Of a DNA stretch of 64,000 nucleotides, positions 51,071 through 63,416 are shown in pieces (position 1 is the stretch's first letter; each line of letters begins with the position of its first letter). The DNA comes from Lytechinus pictus (lineage: Eukaryota). The stretch is from assembly GCF_037042905.1 (NCBI RefSeq), contig NC_087263.1, forward strand, positions 14,076,001-14,140,000. The letters run 5' to 3'. A program made the translations under genes and the position numbers. The notes beneath the pieces were generated by a model. It did no database searches, was not told where the DNA came from, and was given only the letters and a program-made list of their open reading frames with translations.

Positions 51071-51213
51071 CAGGGGCCGCGGAAGCGGGGGGCTTCTGCC
51101 CGGTCCACTTTTTTCCAAAACCATATTCAAAAACGTAAAATGACCCATACAATTGTGATTTTTGCATGGTCAGCCCCCCCCCCCCCACTTTGCAAACCGT
51201 TCCGCGGCCCCTG
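51071..51213. mobile_element. Short MITE (CAGGGGCCGCGGAA termini); fragments also near 11305 and 16393
   Basis: Perfect 14-bp TIR; TTATA on both flanks. Confidence 0.8.
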
Positions 51214-51374
51214 TTATATTCTCTTTGCCAACGTTTGTACTAAATATTTGTATCATATCACTTTATTGATTACTTTTGCTCCTCAATAACTCATTATAAG
51301 TATCCCTAGGCCAATTCAGCATCAAAACGGAGCGGGCTGGTCGGGTTGTCTTTCTTAATAAAAGTGATAACAAT

Positions 51375-51797
51375 GGCGCGATAGCTCAGTCGGTAGAGCG
51401 GGGGTTTCGGATTCCGGTGACCCGGGTTCGATTCCCAAGTGGTGCGCTAGTGCCCTTTGGTAAGGCATTTATCCTCATTACCAGGTCCCTCAGAGAGGAC
51501 CTTAAGCCGTTGGTCCCCTGGTTGCTTGCTCACAGGAATTCGTGCTTTCTTAGCAGTCAGGTAAAAAACCTCGGTTTCGCGATAGCTCAGTCGGTAGAGC
51601 GGGGGTTTCGGATTCCGGTGACCCGGGTTCGATTCCCAAGTGGTGCGCTAGTGCCCTTTGGTAAGGCATTTATCCTCATTACCAGGTCCCTCGGAGAGGA
51701 CCTTAAGCCGTTGGTCCCCTGGTTGCTTGCTCACAGGCATTCGTGCTTTCTTAGCAGTCAGGTAAAACAACCTCGGTATAACATAACATAACATAAC
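51375..51797 (+). mobile_element. Head-to-tail dimer of tRNA-derived SINE family 2 with (ATAAC)n tail
   Basis: Two ~200-bp near-identical monomers (51375-51577, 51578-51776), each with A box TAGCTCAGTCGG and B box GGTTCGATTCC. Confidence 0.9.
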
Positions 51798-51842
51798 AAA
51801 GATGTCTTGCCTTCCATGCCACACCCCGCCCCCGCCCCCGCC

Positions 51843-52313
51843 CCCGGGGGGGCCACTTACATTGACGAGTAAAAAACACAAAAATAATGAAAAAAGGGTA
51901 TCTATTTCGCTAGGACAATTACGTGTTTAGGGTCGAATTTGCGGGGATGATAAAACAAAATTAAAATGTTTTATAAAGGATGTCCTTTTTGCCCCAACAC
52001 TTCGTGTTTAGATTCCAATTTGCGCGAGGTGTAGAAGGTGGGGTCGTACTTAACCAAATAAGGTAAAGCCGACGACCGAAGGACCCGTAACAATAAAACA
52101 TTCCTGTACTTGTTTAGGGGTTCATTTCAGGGAATATTTGCCAAGAGTATCGTTTTGTTTCCAATACTTGTTAAGGGTAGGGTTTCACACGCCAATACTT
52201 GTTAAGGGGTGCATTTTCAGAATATGGAAATTACGTGTTTAGGGTGCTTTTCGAGACCCCATGGTCGCGCATGGTATCCACTCGTGAATGGAAGTGGCCC
52301 CCCCCCCCCCGGG
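51843..52313. mobile_element. MITE with CCCGGGGGGGCCACTT termini, abutting the USP47 promoter
   Basis: GGCCACTTACATTGACGAGT pairs with ACTCGTGAATGGAAGTGGCC; C-rich CCCGCCCC flanks. Confidence 0.75.
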
Positions 52314-52339
52314 CCCCCGCCCCCTTCTGAGGCAAAATG

Positions 52340-52527
52340 ATAACTTGTCCATCTTCACCCCGGAAGCGGAATTACGCTCACGCAACTGCGCTGCAGAGGT
52401 CAAAACTCGTCATATTTACACGAAGTGTATCAATGTTCGGATGTTGTGAAGAAAAAGGATTCCAAATTTCACGGTTTGAAGAGATTATACGACAACAAAA
52501 ACTACTTTCAGAGGAGCTTGTTGAATA
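52340..52527 (+). promoter_or_regulatory. Probable TATA-less promoter and 5' UTR of the USP47-like gene
   Basis: CpG-richer patch with an ETS-like CCGGAAG near 52359, directly upstream of the ATG. TSS position is inferred. Confidence 0.45.
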
Positions 52528-52566
52528 ATGGTACCGATAGATAGTAGCCAGCTGGTTCCATTAAAC
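52528..52566 (+). CDS. USP47: USP47-like ubiquitin-specific protease, coding exon 1 (MVPIDSSQLVPLN)
   Basis: ATG at 52528, 39 nt, followed by donor GTAAGT at 52567 (phase 0). The peptide resembles the vertebrate USP47 N-terminus MVPGEENQLVPKE (recalled, not searched). Confidence 0.85.
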
Positions 52567-52968
52567 GTAAGTTGTACTTTTCCGGATTATTTATTCCATG
52601 AAACTGAGAATATTAGAAAGGGAGGATCGCGAAATTTTGGTGAATCATGCATGATTTGTGTGTGTTGGTTTGAGACAGAGGTGTTCATGTGTTCCTGTTG
52701 TGCAATGCAATGCCAATCAATGCCAATGGGTGATTTCAATTTCGGTGTTGGTGTTGAGAGCGTAAAAAGGGTGCTGAATCGAGCTCCAACATCGAGCTGG
52801 GTTCAGAGGAATCATATTGGATTATTGATTGTGTAGATAGATAGCACAAGACCATGAAGACTAGACAGCTGGCAGCCGTCTGTTTTGAGGAGTTTTTTAA
52901 CATTAATAAACATTAACAATAACATGATAAAAACGTCAAGACAGTCATTAGATTAGGTCTAGGCAGGG

Positions 52969-53764
52969 CTAACGTCCATGCGCAGTGAGTCGCCATCGGC
53001 AGTCTTCAACCTTCAATTTTGCAAAAAAAAAAAAAATTCTTTCCCAAATCTTTGTATGACTATGAGATGAAAGTATCCACAAATCCTCTCAAATATATAT
53101 GATAAACTTTTCTCCTGAAATTGCTACAGTTTTTGGTAAGAACATCATGAATTACACACTTCCGGAACGGCGACACAATGATGGGTATAGTTTGAGTCGC
53201 CGATTCGAAAAATCCAATACATTTACTACACAGACATATCGCGCATGCGCACACACACGCACCGATCGTACACAAACGTGCATTGACTCAGCTGCGTTGT
53301 TGAAACCTCTCCGTGGGTTGAGATATACGTTGAGACGCCACCCCCTCTTATTTTGATAACAATTGTCACCCCCACCTTCAAAATGAAATGATCGTGAGCA
53401 TTTTTTTATAATCTATATTTTGATACCAAATATTGGTAACTTGAGCGGGCAGTTTTGGAAACATCGATTGCTTAGTGTGGGCGTCTCTAATTGTCGCCCG
53501 AGAAAAATGGCAGCTTAAATTCACACCGTACGGATTCAAATTTGCAAACTGACTTTGACTGCGCTAAACTCCTTTGTCTTTTGCTTGATCTTTTAACCAA
53601 ACGTTGCAGCATTTCAGGGAATTACTGAGGATTAATATCAGATGCCACAAGACACTTTTCAACATTGCAAAAGATTTCTAGAACCAATGTAGTCAGGCAG
53701 TGACAGGTGAGTGGCCCAACAGTAAAAAAATTGCAAATGGCGACTCACTGCGCATGGACGTTAG
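52969..53764. mobile_element. TIR element in USP47 intron 1
   Basis: Perfect 28-bp inverted repeat CTAACGTCCATGCGCAGTGAGTCGCCAT at both ends. Confidence 0.75.
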
Positions 53765-53779
53765 GCCTATTATTTTTTT

Positions 53780-54603
53780 TATTTCTCGTACACATATGGC
53801 TTGCTATCGTGCTGCCGCCATTAGGGGGATAACAATGCAAAATCCCCCCGTCAGGGCTCATCGATTTTTATCTTTATCTGTTTATATATATTAACAGAAC
53901 TTGTCCAAAATATTATTACGTTTTTATCCTGAAATGCACCAAAACAGGAAAAAATAAACTTTAAAAAGTGACTTACTTCGGCTGTCGCGCAAGTCCCACT
54001 TCCTGGTTTATCCGAACTTAATACATAACATATGGCCATTGAGTGACTCAATTTGAGTCCCTGCACAGATCGAGTGAGAACTTCGGTCTCTGTATTTGGT
54101 GAGTGGAGTCAGCGGTGTTCAGCGGAACAACAACCAACATAACAGAGACCGAAGCATTTGGTCTAGCACAAGACTAGACAGCTGGCAGCCGTCTGTTTCG
54201 AGTTTCAAGTTTAACATTTTTAAAATTTCTCCTCGTACACTGACGGCTCGCTATCGAGCAGCCACCATTAGAGGGTTAACAATGCTCATTGATTTTTGTC
54301 TTTATTTCATAAAAATATATGAAAAGAACTGTACCAAAATAAAGATTATTATTCCGTTTTGGCCTGAAATGCACCAACACGGGGGAAAAAAAACTTAAAA
54401 GGGGAAAAAACAGTGACTTACTTCGGCTGTCGAGTAACTTCACTTCCCTGTTTTATCCGAACTTAATACATAAACATATGGCCTCTGAGTCCCTGTACAG
54501 ATCGAGCTAGAACTTCGGTCTCTATATTTGGTGAGTGGAGCCAACGGAGTTCAGTGGAACAGCCAACATAACAGAGACCGAAGCTTTTGGTCTAGCACAA
54601 GAC
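53780..54603 (+). repeat. Diverged ~450-bp tandem duplication in USP47 intron 1; partial third copy near 52843-52900
   Basis: Shared blocks CTCGTACAC, GTGACTTACTTCGGCTGTCG, AGAACTTCGGTCTCT and GGTCTAGCACAAGAC. Confidence 0.85.
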
Positions 54604-54814
54604 ATGACATCATGCATCTGCGCTGCTAAATCATCTCAACTTCAAGCGAGAAGTCTCGATGACAAAAATGAAATCGGAGAGACTCCTCGGAAACACGGAT
54701 ATCAGTGTAGGCGACGTCATGACTTAAACCACTGGGCGGGCAATTCTTTTTTTTTTTTTTCGGAAGATGAGGAATGGAGTGAGTGAACACACTTGAAATG
54801 AGAAGGGATAAGGT

Positions 54815-55081
54815 AATGAAAGTGGAACTCTCTCCCAGCTGAGGTAGTTGAAGCTCCCACAGTAGACACCTTTAAAATCAGGCTAGACCGACACTGGAAA
54901 GATAAGCATTATGATTCCCACTACTCTTAATTAGATATGAGAAGTCAATTTTCACCAATTTGCCCCACTGCCTCCTTAAACTTATTGAAGCATGAAGGAA
55001 GCAGACAAAATTAGAAGATAGACCTGGAAGATCGACTGCTAATTCAGCATTCTTCCAGTATTTGCGGTAAGGTAAGGTAAG
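54815..55081 (+). mobile_element. 5'-truncated CR1-type LINE
   Basis: 54823-54930 reads WNSLPAEVVEAPTVDTFKIRLDRHWKDKHYDSHYS*, a typical CR1 ORF2 end, followed by a 3' UTR and (GGTAA)n tail. Confidence 0.8.
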
Positions 55082-55161
55082 AAAGAGAACCAGGGGAGAG
55101 GTATAGGATATTCAGAGTGGGGAAGAAGGAATGACAACTGAACATCATTAAAACTCATGAC

Positions 55162-55665
55162 CAGAGGCGTCGATCATGGGGGGGCAGGGGGGGCAACCGC
55201 CCCACCAATGAAAATATTGGGGGGGGCAAACATATCATTTTGCCCCCCCAATAATTCCGCATGTGCAAAAAATAAAATAAGATTGTAATGTTACACAGAA
55301 ATCAGCAAGCGAGATTGAGATACACAACTCGTTCTTCATCTAAAATCGTGCTCAAAATGTCCGGTTTTCAGATTAGAATATAAAATAATTTCAGCTCGCG
55401 CTTCGCGCTCGCATCATTTCTGTAGCAAAACCCATACTTTTCATGATTGAATAGGTGAATAGAATGTCCCGTTTTCAGTTCTATACCTCAAAAGAACTCC
55501 CACTTCGATTTGCAATAATCTTTTGTTGGATATATTTCTTGTTCTTTATTAAAAACGTCAATTAAACTCTTTTTTTTAAAGATCAAAATATCAAAATTTT
55601 CAGCTCGCGCTTCGCGCTCGCATCTATTATTTTTTAATTTTTTTTAAATTTAATTTGTTGGTGAG

Positions 55666-55708
<43 letters not shown>

Positions 55709-55846
55709 ATCTATATATATATATACATATAGGCGTATGTGTGTGTGTGTGTGTTTGAGTCTGTTTGTTTTGTTTGATCGAGCGCCTTTGGAAAGTTGAT
55801 TCATGATTTTGCCCCCCCCAATCTGAAAAATGGATCGACGCCCCTG
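55162..55846 (+). mobile_element. hAT-like MITE, family B, with internal (GT)n/(AT)n
   Basis: TIRs CAGAGGCGTCGATC / GATCGACGCCCCTG; perfect 8-bp TSD CTCATGAC. Confidence 0.9.
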
Positions 55847-55897
55847 CTCATGACCTACATGTACATACAGTACAGTATACAAAAAATATGCAAATTA

Positions 55898-56332
55898 GAC
55901 CCTGTTAATACTGCCCTAAAACTAGTTTACTGGAAACTAGTTTAACGTGTTATGAGAACGGTCAGGGCGGTCTTGGAAGTGATCTTCCAAAACATTTCGG
56001 AAAACCACCGTGCAATGTAGTTTTTCCCTCGTTAAACTGGTTTTAGCATGAGGACACAACCGTACTTCAGGAAGCGATCTTTGCACATTTTGAGCGTGCT
56101 ACTTCACACACTGTGTGTAGAATGTCTACAGTGCAGTTTCAAATTTTGCGCGAAACATGTCATCCCCACTGAGAGCGTTCCCATTGCAACAAGGCCACTT
56201 TTATACGTGAAGTGGTTTTGTAACCACTTTTAGCTGATCAAATGGGAATGTTAGCAAAGCGATCTTCCAAACTGGTTTCCTGAACCGATTTCCAGTAAAC
56301 TAGTCTTAGAAAGTATAATGAGAACAGTGTCT
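55898..56332. mobile_element. MITE
   Basis: Subterminal ACTAGTTTACTGGAAA / TTTCCAGTAAACTAGT inverted repeat; AGAC / GTCT ends. Confidence 0.7.
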
Positions 56333-56659
56333 TACAGTTTACTGTCAAGACACTGGACTGTGTCTACAATACTGCTGGGGAAGGCCAAATATATGAATTT
56401 TAATTTGTACTTTATCAGGTATAAATACAGTGTATGGTAAGGTCCCCCCAGTCTGCGCAGCTCAGTCCCCCTTGTCAGCGCACACGCGTACATGTATCTG
56501 TGCAATTCTAGTGAAAGAAGATACATGTGTCTGCAAAACATAAACAGATCTTTGTTCATTGAAAAAATATTTAATTTCTGGCATTTCATGTGACAGCCCC
56601 AGTATAATTTTTCCCTGGTACTTATAAATGTACATCTCATGTTCTTTCCCCATTTCCAG

Positions 56660-56866
56660 GATACTTGTACCGCTGATCTCCCGAAGATCCTATGCATCAT
56701 CTATGACATCACCAACCCTCAATGGCAGACGTGCAAGTTCACCGTCACGCTACCAACGTCGACGACCGCCGCGGAGCTCTGCGAGGAGGTGGCCCGTCAG
56801 GCCAACTATGAACCAGACACGTTTGAGCTGTACTGGCAGAGAGGAGGAAAAGATGGCAATGATGAT
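56660..56866 (+). CDS. USP47: USP47-like coding exon 2 (DTCTADLPKILCIIYDITNPQWQTCKFTVTLPTSTTAAELCEEVARQANYEPDTFELYWQRGGKDGNDD)
   Basis: Acceptor ttccccatttccAG, donor GTGAG at 56867, 207 nt, phase 0/0, GC-rich codon usage. Resembles USP47 PRVLCIIQDTTN...ITLNLPASTP...LFEDVA...Y..GTFDLVW. Confidence 0.9.
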
Positions 56867-58584
56867 GTGAGGATAAATTTATATGAATGTAGATATCTAA
56901 AGCCTCTGTTCCACTATTACGATGTTCTATTTGACAAACCTTCAGATCGGGTAGGATGGGGGGAAAATGAGTCACTTTACAGGGAGTCAGCGAAAAATAA
57001 TTTGCAGTACCGGTAATATAAATTGTTCAAAGGATCGGGGGATTAATTCCGTCCAAGTGCTGCTGTTAGTACGCCAGGAAAGACCTGATTACGCTCATCC
57101 CACGACTGCGCCCCGTGTCGTCTATGCTTTTCCCGCTTCCCCCACGATTCAAAATGGATGTTTTCTGATCGGGAAGATCGGCATGAAATTTTGAACATGT
57201 TCAAAATTTCTAGCCGATCTCGCCGATCTGAATATGGGGCCCGCTGTTACCCCGTTGTCACAACGTTTTTATTATGCTGTCCCTGATTTCAACCATTTCT
57301 TTTCCCGTTTTCCGCCAATCTAATGATCGGGATGAATCAGGGTTTCAGATCGTGATAGTGGAATCGGGGCTTAAGTAAATTTAAAGTTAAACAAGCACAA
57401 TTTTGTACTCAAAATGCCATCAAAATTGGATTGAATAATAAGTTCAAGAAATTTTTTTATATGTGAAGTGTGAGCGAGATATGTCTTATCTCTCCTTTTT
57501 TTTCCTCATCCTGTCTTTATATTCATGGAGCAGAAAATTGGAATAATGCTAAATAACAAATACAAAAGAAAAAGTGGGGGTGTTGTCTAGACTGTTTTCA
57601 GTACATCATTAGCTCATACACTGGATAATCGTAACAGCATGCGTACAATTGTTTTGTTGTAAGTGGGCATTTTCACGGTAACTGACGTAACATGGCACAA
57701 TTTTACACACTTTTCATTGTGTGTATGATTATCTCTAAAACAACAAATGATGGGAGTTTGCTTTCAAGTAAAATTGTGCCATGTAACGTCGGTTACCGTG
57801 AAAATGCCTATGTATAAATGCAAAACTACAAAATTCCTCAACATTTTTATATTTGTGTATTGCTTACATGTGCATATGGATGGTAGGCTAGAGTGTCCCT
57901 TAAAAATGGTTTCAATCTGTACATATACATGTACATGTAGGTAGTGTACTAAGTTTATTTTTTTTACAAAGTCTTGATCAGGGCACAAATGCCACAAAAT
58001 ATGTACAGTACATGTACATTATATACCACATTTTATTCATGTGAATCCCACTTGTATAGATTGAGAAATGTGCAAAATGTACATTTTATTGTGATTCAGA
58101 ATCAAGTAGAAATTTCAGTATAGTACCGAGACCTGTTATTTTTTTTTTGGTTACATTTCTAAATTTTGCGCATTACACAACTTTTAAAAGACAGTTTTGA
58201 TGAAATAAGCATTTTCCCTGTTCTCTGAGGGAATTGGCTGTATAATTTTTTTCATGTACATGTACTGTACATACTGTACACTTTAATTTTTTAAAATGTA
58301 CAGAAAGTGTTAATACTTGGCATCAATCTACATGTAGTCGAGACCTTGAGGTATTTTTTTTTTTCATGATGATTATGATTTTCAAGCCATGTGTTAATAA
58401 TCCGAACGTCAGTACCTGTAATATGCACTGTTTACAACACATTAACATTAGAAAGGCTTTCCTTCAGAAATAGTTTTTGGCAGGAATTGTACTTTGTAGA
58501 GCAACATTTGTGATGAAATCGAACTTTGGCTCTTTCAGTCACTCTGTTGATTTTGCAACACATTATTTTCTAAATCACCATTAA

Positions 58585-59172
58585 AGGAGAATGAAACTCT
58601 TGGAGCAAGTTAGCTTTTGTGAAAGCAGAAAAATCAAAGAATAAGATCAACAAAACTTGAGTAAAATAGGACTAGCAATAAAAGAGTTATGAGCATTTGA
58701 ATGTCGAGATCACTAATGCTATGGAGATCCTCCCATTGGCAATGCGACCAAGATCTGTGATGTCACACACGTACAACTCTCCCATTCGGACACTGAAAAT
58801 ATACCCCAAAACATCTCTTTTTGCTCATTCTAATCATATGAAAAACGATTCATCAATGATATAATGTTGTGAAACCTCTGTACTTGTCATCTCATAAAGA
58901 AAACACCTAACCTTGTGATAGACTCTATAAAAGTGAGAATATAAGTGAAATAAGTACTAAAGTAATGAGGGAGTTGTACATGTACGTGTGTGATATCACA
59001 GATCTTGGTCGCATTGCCGATGGGAGGATCTACATGGCACTAGTGATCTCAATATTCAAATGCTCATAACTTTCTTATTATTCATTCAATCTTCCTCAAA
59101 CTTTCAACAATATGTTTCTTTGATTTTTCTCTTTGATATGGATTCAGCTAGTTTCAAGGGTTTCATTCTCCT
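58585..59172. mobile_element. Kolobok-like palindromic MITE in USP47 intron 2
   Basis: TTAA|AGGAGAATGAAAC...GTTTCATTCTCCT|TTAA, with ~200-bp inverted arms. Confidence 0.88.
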
Positions 59173-59245
59173 TTAATTCAGGCAGGAAACAATTTACTAA
59201 TAGGCATAGAGCCTATGATAACGTGAAGAGGAATAAGTACTCAGG

Positions 59246-59730
59246 AGATGGTTTCAAACCGCCTCGACCATAAGAATCCCAGTTAAATTAAGAGAACTTT
59301 TTTAGGCTAAAAAATACCCATTAATTATTACTGCATTCACACCGCCCCGAAACATACTCTTCGGGATAAATTCCTGAAGTTAGGAGCATGCGCAGTATGG
59401 TCTGATAAGCAGGCAAGGCGCGAGATTCAAAACCACTAGCTCAGCAGCCACCCACGGCGCCCGCGCCCAACTACACGCTGGGCTAAAAGTTCCCGTAAAT
59501 TGCTTTCACATTGCCAAAATACCTGCGACCTTGGAAAAATCCCCGCGAAAGTTCTCGTAATTTTGCCAAGTACCTACATGTACTATTTAATAGTGGGTAT
59601 TTTCTCTCGGGGATATTACACGTAATTTGCTTTCACATTGCCAATATTACCTGGTATCTTCTGATCGGGTAAATTTCCCGATCAGAAAATACCTAGAACT
59701 GATGAATTTCGAGGCGGTCTGAAACCACCT
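59246..59730. mobile_element. Harbinger-like MITE
   Basis: AGATGGTTTCAAACCGCCTCG / CGAGGCGGTCTGAAACCACCT; AGG on both flanks. Confidence 0.75.
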
Positions 59731-60088
59731 AGGGAGACAGGCCACGGATATGAATTTCAATATTTGAAGGACAAGGTCACTGTACATGTATGTATCTATA
59801 GGGCACATTAGCACAAATGAGGAAAATGGAAAAAGCTCTAAAAAAAGGCAAGATAATCTCCAATTGATTAGTGAACTAAAATGGATTGAATTTCAGGCGT
59901 GGAGTATTTATGAAAGAAACGGTATCAATAGGGAAAGGTTGTTTATGACAAACCCACACAGAGTTCATGTTGTACATTTATTATGGAAATTACCGTAATA
60001 TTTCATAAAGCATTCATATATAGTATTTCGCTATTTATATAGCACTACATCAGAATGATGTCTCTGACTCTGAGCACCGTTTACTAAT

Positions 60089-60513
60089 GGTAAATTGCCA
60101 ATTCGTCTACTGCCAACTCGTCCACTTACCTCATGGTCTACCTTCATAGTCTAATGCCATTCCGTCCATCAACATTTCGTCTAACGACCATTTGGTCCAA
60201 TAACCTTAGGTAAAATAATCACTTCGTCTAATCACCATTTCTTCTAATTTACCATTTCGTCTAATACCCAGTTGGTCAAATACCCATTTTCTTTTCCTTC
60301 ATTTTGCACAATTAACTCTTAAGTTTAATTAGACCAAATGATCTGGACTAAATGGCTATTGGACCAAATGGTTATTAGACGGAATGGCATTAGACTTAAT
60401 GATAGTAGACCATATGATGAGTGGACGAACTGATGTTAGACCAAATAATAGTACATGTATGTAGACGAGTTGGCAATTGGACAAATTGGCATAAGACGAA
60501 TTGGAAATAAACC
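60089..60513. mobile_element. Mini foldback element with GG...CC termini, ~15-bp subterminal units and 8-bp TSD
   Basis: TSD TTACTAAT (60081-60088, 60514-60521); TTCGTCTA units on the left mirrored by TAGACGAA units on the right. Confidence 0.85.
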
Positions 60514-60687
60514 TTACTAATTACCCCTTCACCTGTACATGTATGTACCTGTATGTGACCGTATACAACTTATTATTTATAGATTAAGATCGTACCTCGG
60601 AGCAATTTTGTATTCAAAACTTTACACTGTTCATATGACATGCAGGAATTGATGTGCAATTAATTTGTATGATTAATTATTTAAAAA

Positions 60688-61180
60688 AGGCCACCGCACA
60701 CGTTACGACTGGTCTACGATCCGATTTTTTAACAGATCGCATTTGCTCATTTTCTGAAAATGTGAATGAAAAGTATCTTTTTATTTGAGGTTTAAATTAA
60801 CTGAAAGAATACTAATATAAAAATTTTATATGATTGCAAGCCTGTATTTTGGAGTAAAGTCCAAATTTAGTTTTAAATCGGAGCCAATCGTACGATTGTT
60901 ATGAAGTCTATTGACATCATTATGACTAGATATTAAATTCACTTATAATCTTTTAAAATCATTATGATACATACACAAAGAAGTATATGTGTGTACATAA
61001 AAGTACATGTAGTCACAGATCTAGGTACATGTATATGTACATGTTGTATTCATATAATGATTTAGAAGAAATGTTACACAGTAGATACATGTAGTCCATG
61101 TATCAATATTAGCATCAACTTCTACTACGTTTTATTCCGAAATCGGGTCACAGACCAATCGTAAGGTGTGAGATGGCCCT
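60688..61180. mobile_element. Harbinger-like MITE; degraded relative near 48462-48808
   Basis: GGCCACCGCACACGTTACGACTGGTCT / AGACCAATCGTAAGGTGTGAGATGGCC inverted ends. Confidence 0.7.
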
Positions 61181-62355
61181 CTACATGTTTATCAATGCAA
61201 CCAATCATAAAATCAATGTTATCAATTGTTCAGCTACGTGTATGTGTGCATTACAGGCTGGGCCCTGCATATCTTTATTATGATCTGTATTGGTACTCAC
61301 AGGTTGATCCAAGCCAGTTAAAAGCAGGAAGTCAATAATAGAGGATTAGGGGAAAAAAATCTTTCCTTAGACTTTGTTATTTTTCCATCATACGTGTAAG
61401 CACCAGCATATTTCCATACATGTACATGTATGTGCAGTGTACCGTATTGAATATTTCTGATGTCATACGTACATGTACATGAATCATACTGTACATGTAC
61501 ATGTCAGGTATCTATCCGTGTACATGTACAGTGTGCACTGTTAGTGCTTACAGTAGATACACGTATATTACATTCACACTGTCTACACTGAATCTTCTAC
61601 ACAAAGGAAAAGGACTTTTTTTTTTGGGGGGGGGGGGGGAGTGGCCGGGGAAAGGTGAAAACAGTACTGGTAGATACATGTACATGTAGAAGCATTTTTT
61701 TTCTTATTTTTTTTTCTTGAGATGTTATTCAAACTATTAAGTCTTTTATTTTAAAAGAAATAATCTTTATTTTTCTGAAAAGAAATGTTTTACAGTGCAG
61801 AATTAATAAAGTATTCCCATTGGACAACGTTTGATAGCTTTTGAAACAATTCACATTGTACATGTAGGAATAGGTTTTTCCTCCACCCCCCCCCCCCCCA
61901 TAATGATCTCTGAGGTGCGTGCTGTTTTTTATTCGAATACATTGTTTCCACGGTATCATCTGATGTTCAGGATACATGATACAAATTACCGGTAGATTGG
62001 TCTTAGAGTGAATTTGCTGTTCATCACATACATGTAGGCTGGGGGTACATTAGCCCCGGGAACATTACCAACACTTTGTGCTCAGGCTGCCGTAGTGAGG
62101 GGAACATGTTTAGTTTAGCATGAGTGATGTTTCTATGTATGTAGTTCAAGTTGTGATGTGATTTTTACTGTTTATAGGGCAATTGTAAAACTATCTTCTT
62201 TTATACTCTCTCCATGTAATGCTCTTCCTATCATTTAACATGGAAATTAATTGAAAATGCGTAATTGCTTTCACCTTTCCTTCAATAGGAATTTCCCTTT
62301 TAATATGTATGAAATTAATAACATTTTTTTCTTGTAATGTTACTTCTTTTTATAG

Positions 62356-62469
62356 GTTCTAATGAGCGACAAGGGTCAAAGTTCGCTGGGCGAGCTCGGC
62401 CTGCCGACAACGGGAAGGAATCTATTCAACCTGCAAGACAAAGATGGCACCCAGCCAGTCCCTATACAG
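62356..62469 (+). CDS. USP47: USP47-like coding exon 3 (VLMSDKGQSSLGELGLPTTGRNLFNLQDKDGTQPVPIQ)
   Basis: Acceptor ttctttttatAG, donor CAG|GT at 62470, 114 nt, phase 0/0. NLFNLQDKDGTQP resembles USP47 NFLHLTDKDGEQP. This frame is not the one shown in the ORF track. Confidence 0.82.
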
Positions 62470-63247
62470 GTCTCTTTCATTGTTCATATTTAATAATCTA
62501 CCATCACGAAACAAAGTTGCATGACAAAAGAGACCACATTTTGTGGTCAGCATCTGGGTTATAACTTCTGTTGTAAAAAAAGCCTTGGATAGATATAACA
62601 GTGATAAACAAAATCATAATTAGCATGTAGCATCACCAAGAGAGGGTGCTACATGTAAATCACTTTTTATTTAGCCCTGAATAGATAAAAAAATTGATGG
62701 TAATTTTAATCACTGAAGAGGGGTGATAATATATAGATTTTTATGCCTCTGCCCACCATACATGTAGGTCTTGCGGGAGGCATCATACAAAGATGCAATA
62801 TTTCAGGCTTTTGCCTGATTTCAGTCCCTGACGACTTCCCATCTCAGGGTTATTCACAATAACACATTAAGGGTTTCTTCTCAGGCCCCGTCGGCAAAAC
62901 TGACTTGCATCCCTGATTCTGTTTCCTGGTTGTCCAATCGTCCATTTTTCCATCCGTCCATTTCGTTTCTGTTCTTGGGATAACTCAGGAACCATTCGGA
63001 TCATGTATACTGTACATATGGGAGTGACAATGAAATAGCTTTCACCAATAAATGAATCTAGAGAACTTTTAGTTTAATCTTTCTTCAAAGTTTATAGCAC
63101 CTTGAACCCACCTCTGCTACAGAACAGTACCTTCAGTTTTATAATTTCCTTTAGGAATGATTTTGAGGCTACCTTACCAAGTACCAAATCCCAAGTTGGT
63201 AGGATTGATGCCAATCTTATGTTTTTTTGTTTTGTTTTTTAAAACAG

Positions 63248-63416
63248 GCTGGGGCAAGTGGAACCACGACATCTCCTAGCGACATCGATGCCTTGAACCT
63301 AGCGACAGATGATACAAGTCCGATCATCACAGCGACTTCTGATACGAGCTCGCTCTCATCAGATTACTCCTCGTATGTCCCTTACTCCTCTGCGGTCATT
63401 GGACGATCGGAAACCG
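63248..63416 (+). CDS. USP47: USP47-like coding exon 4 (AGASGTTTSPSD...SSDYSSYVPYSSAVIGRSET-G); gene continues beyond the window
   Basis: T-rich acceptor ending acAG, donor G|GTAAG at 63417 (phase 1). Ends in RSETG, matching the KSETG that precedes the Cys-box (YVGLVNQAMTCYLNS) in USP47. Confidence 0.87.

Noticed and set aside
51375..51450. tRNA gene
   Set aside because: The tRNA-like head continues into a SINE body and tail, occurs in three copies, and lacks a proper acceptor stem.
62337..62564. 75-aa ORF in the track
   Set aside because: Wrong frame; the USP47-like exon 62356-62469 uses a different frame.
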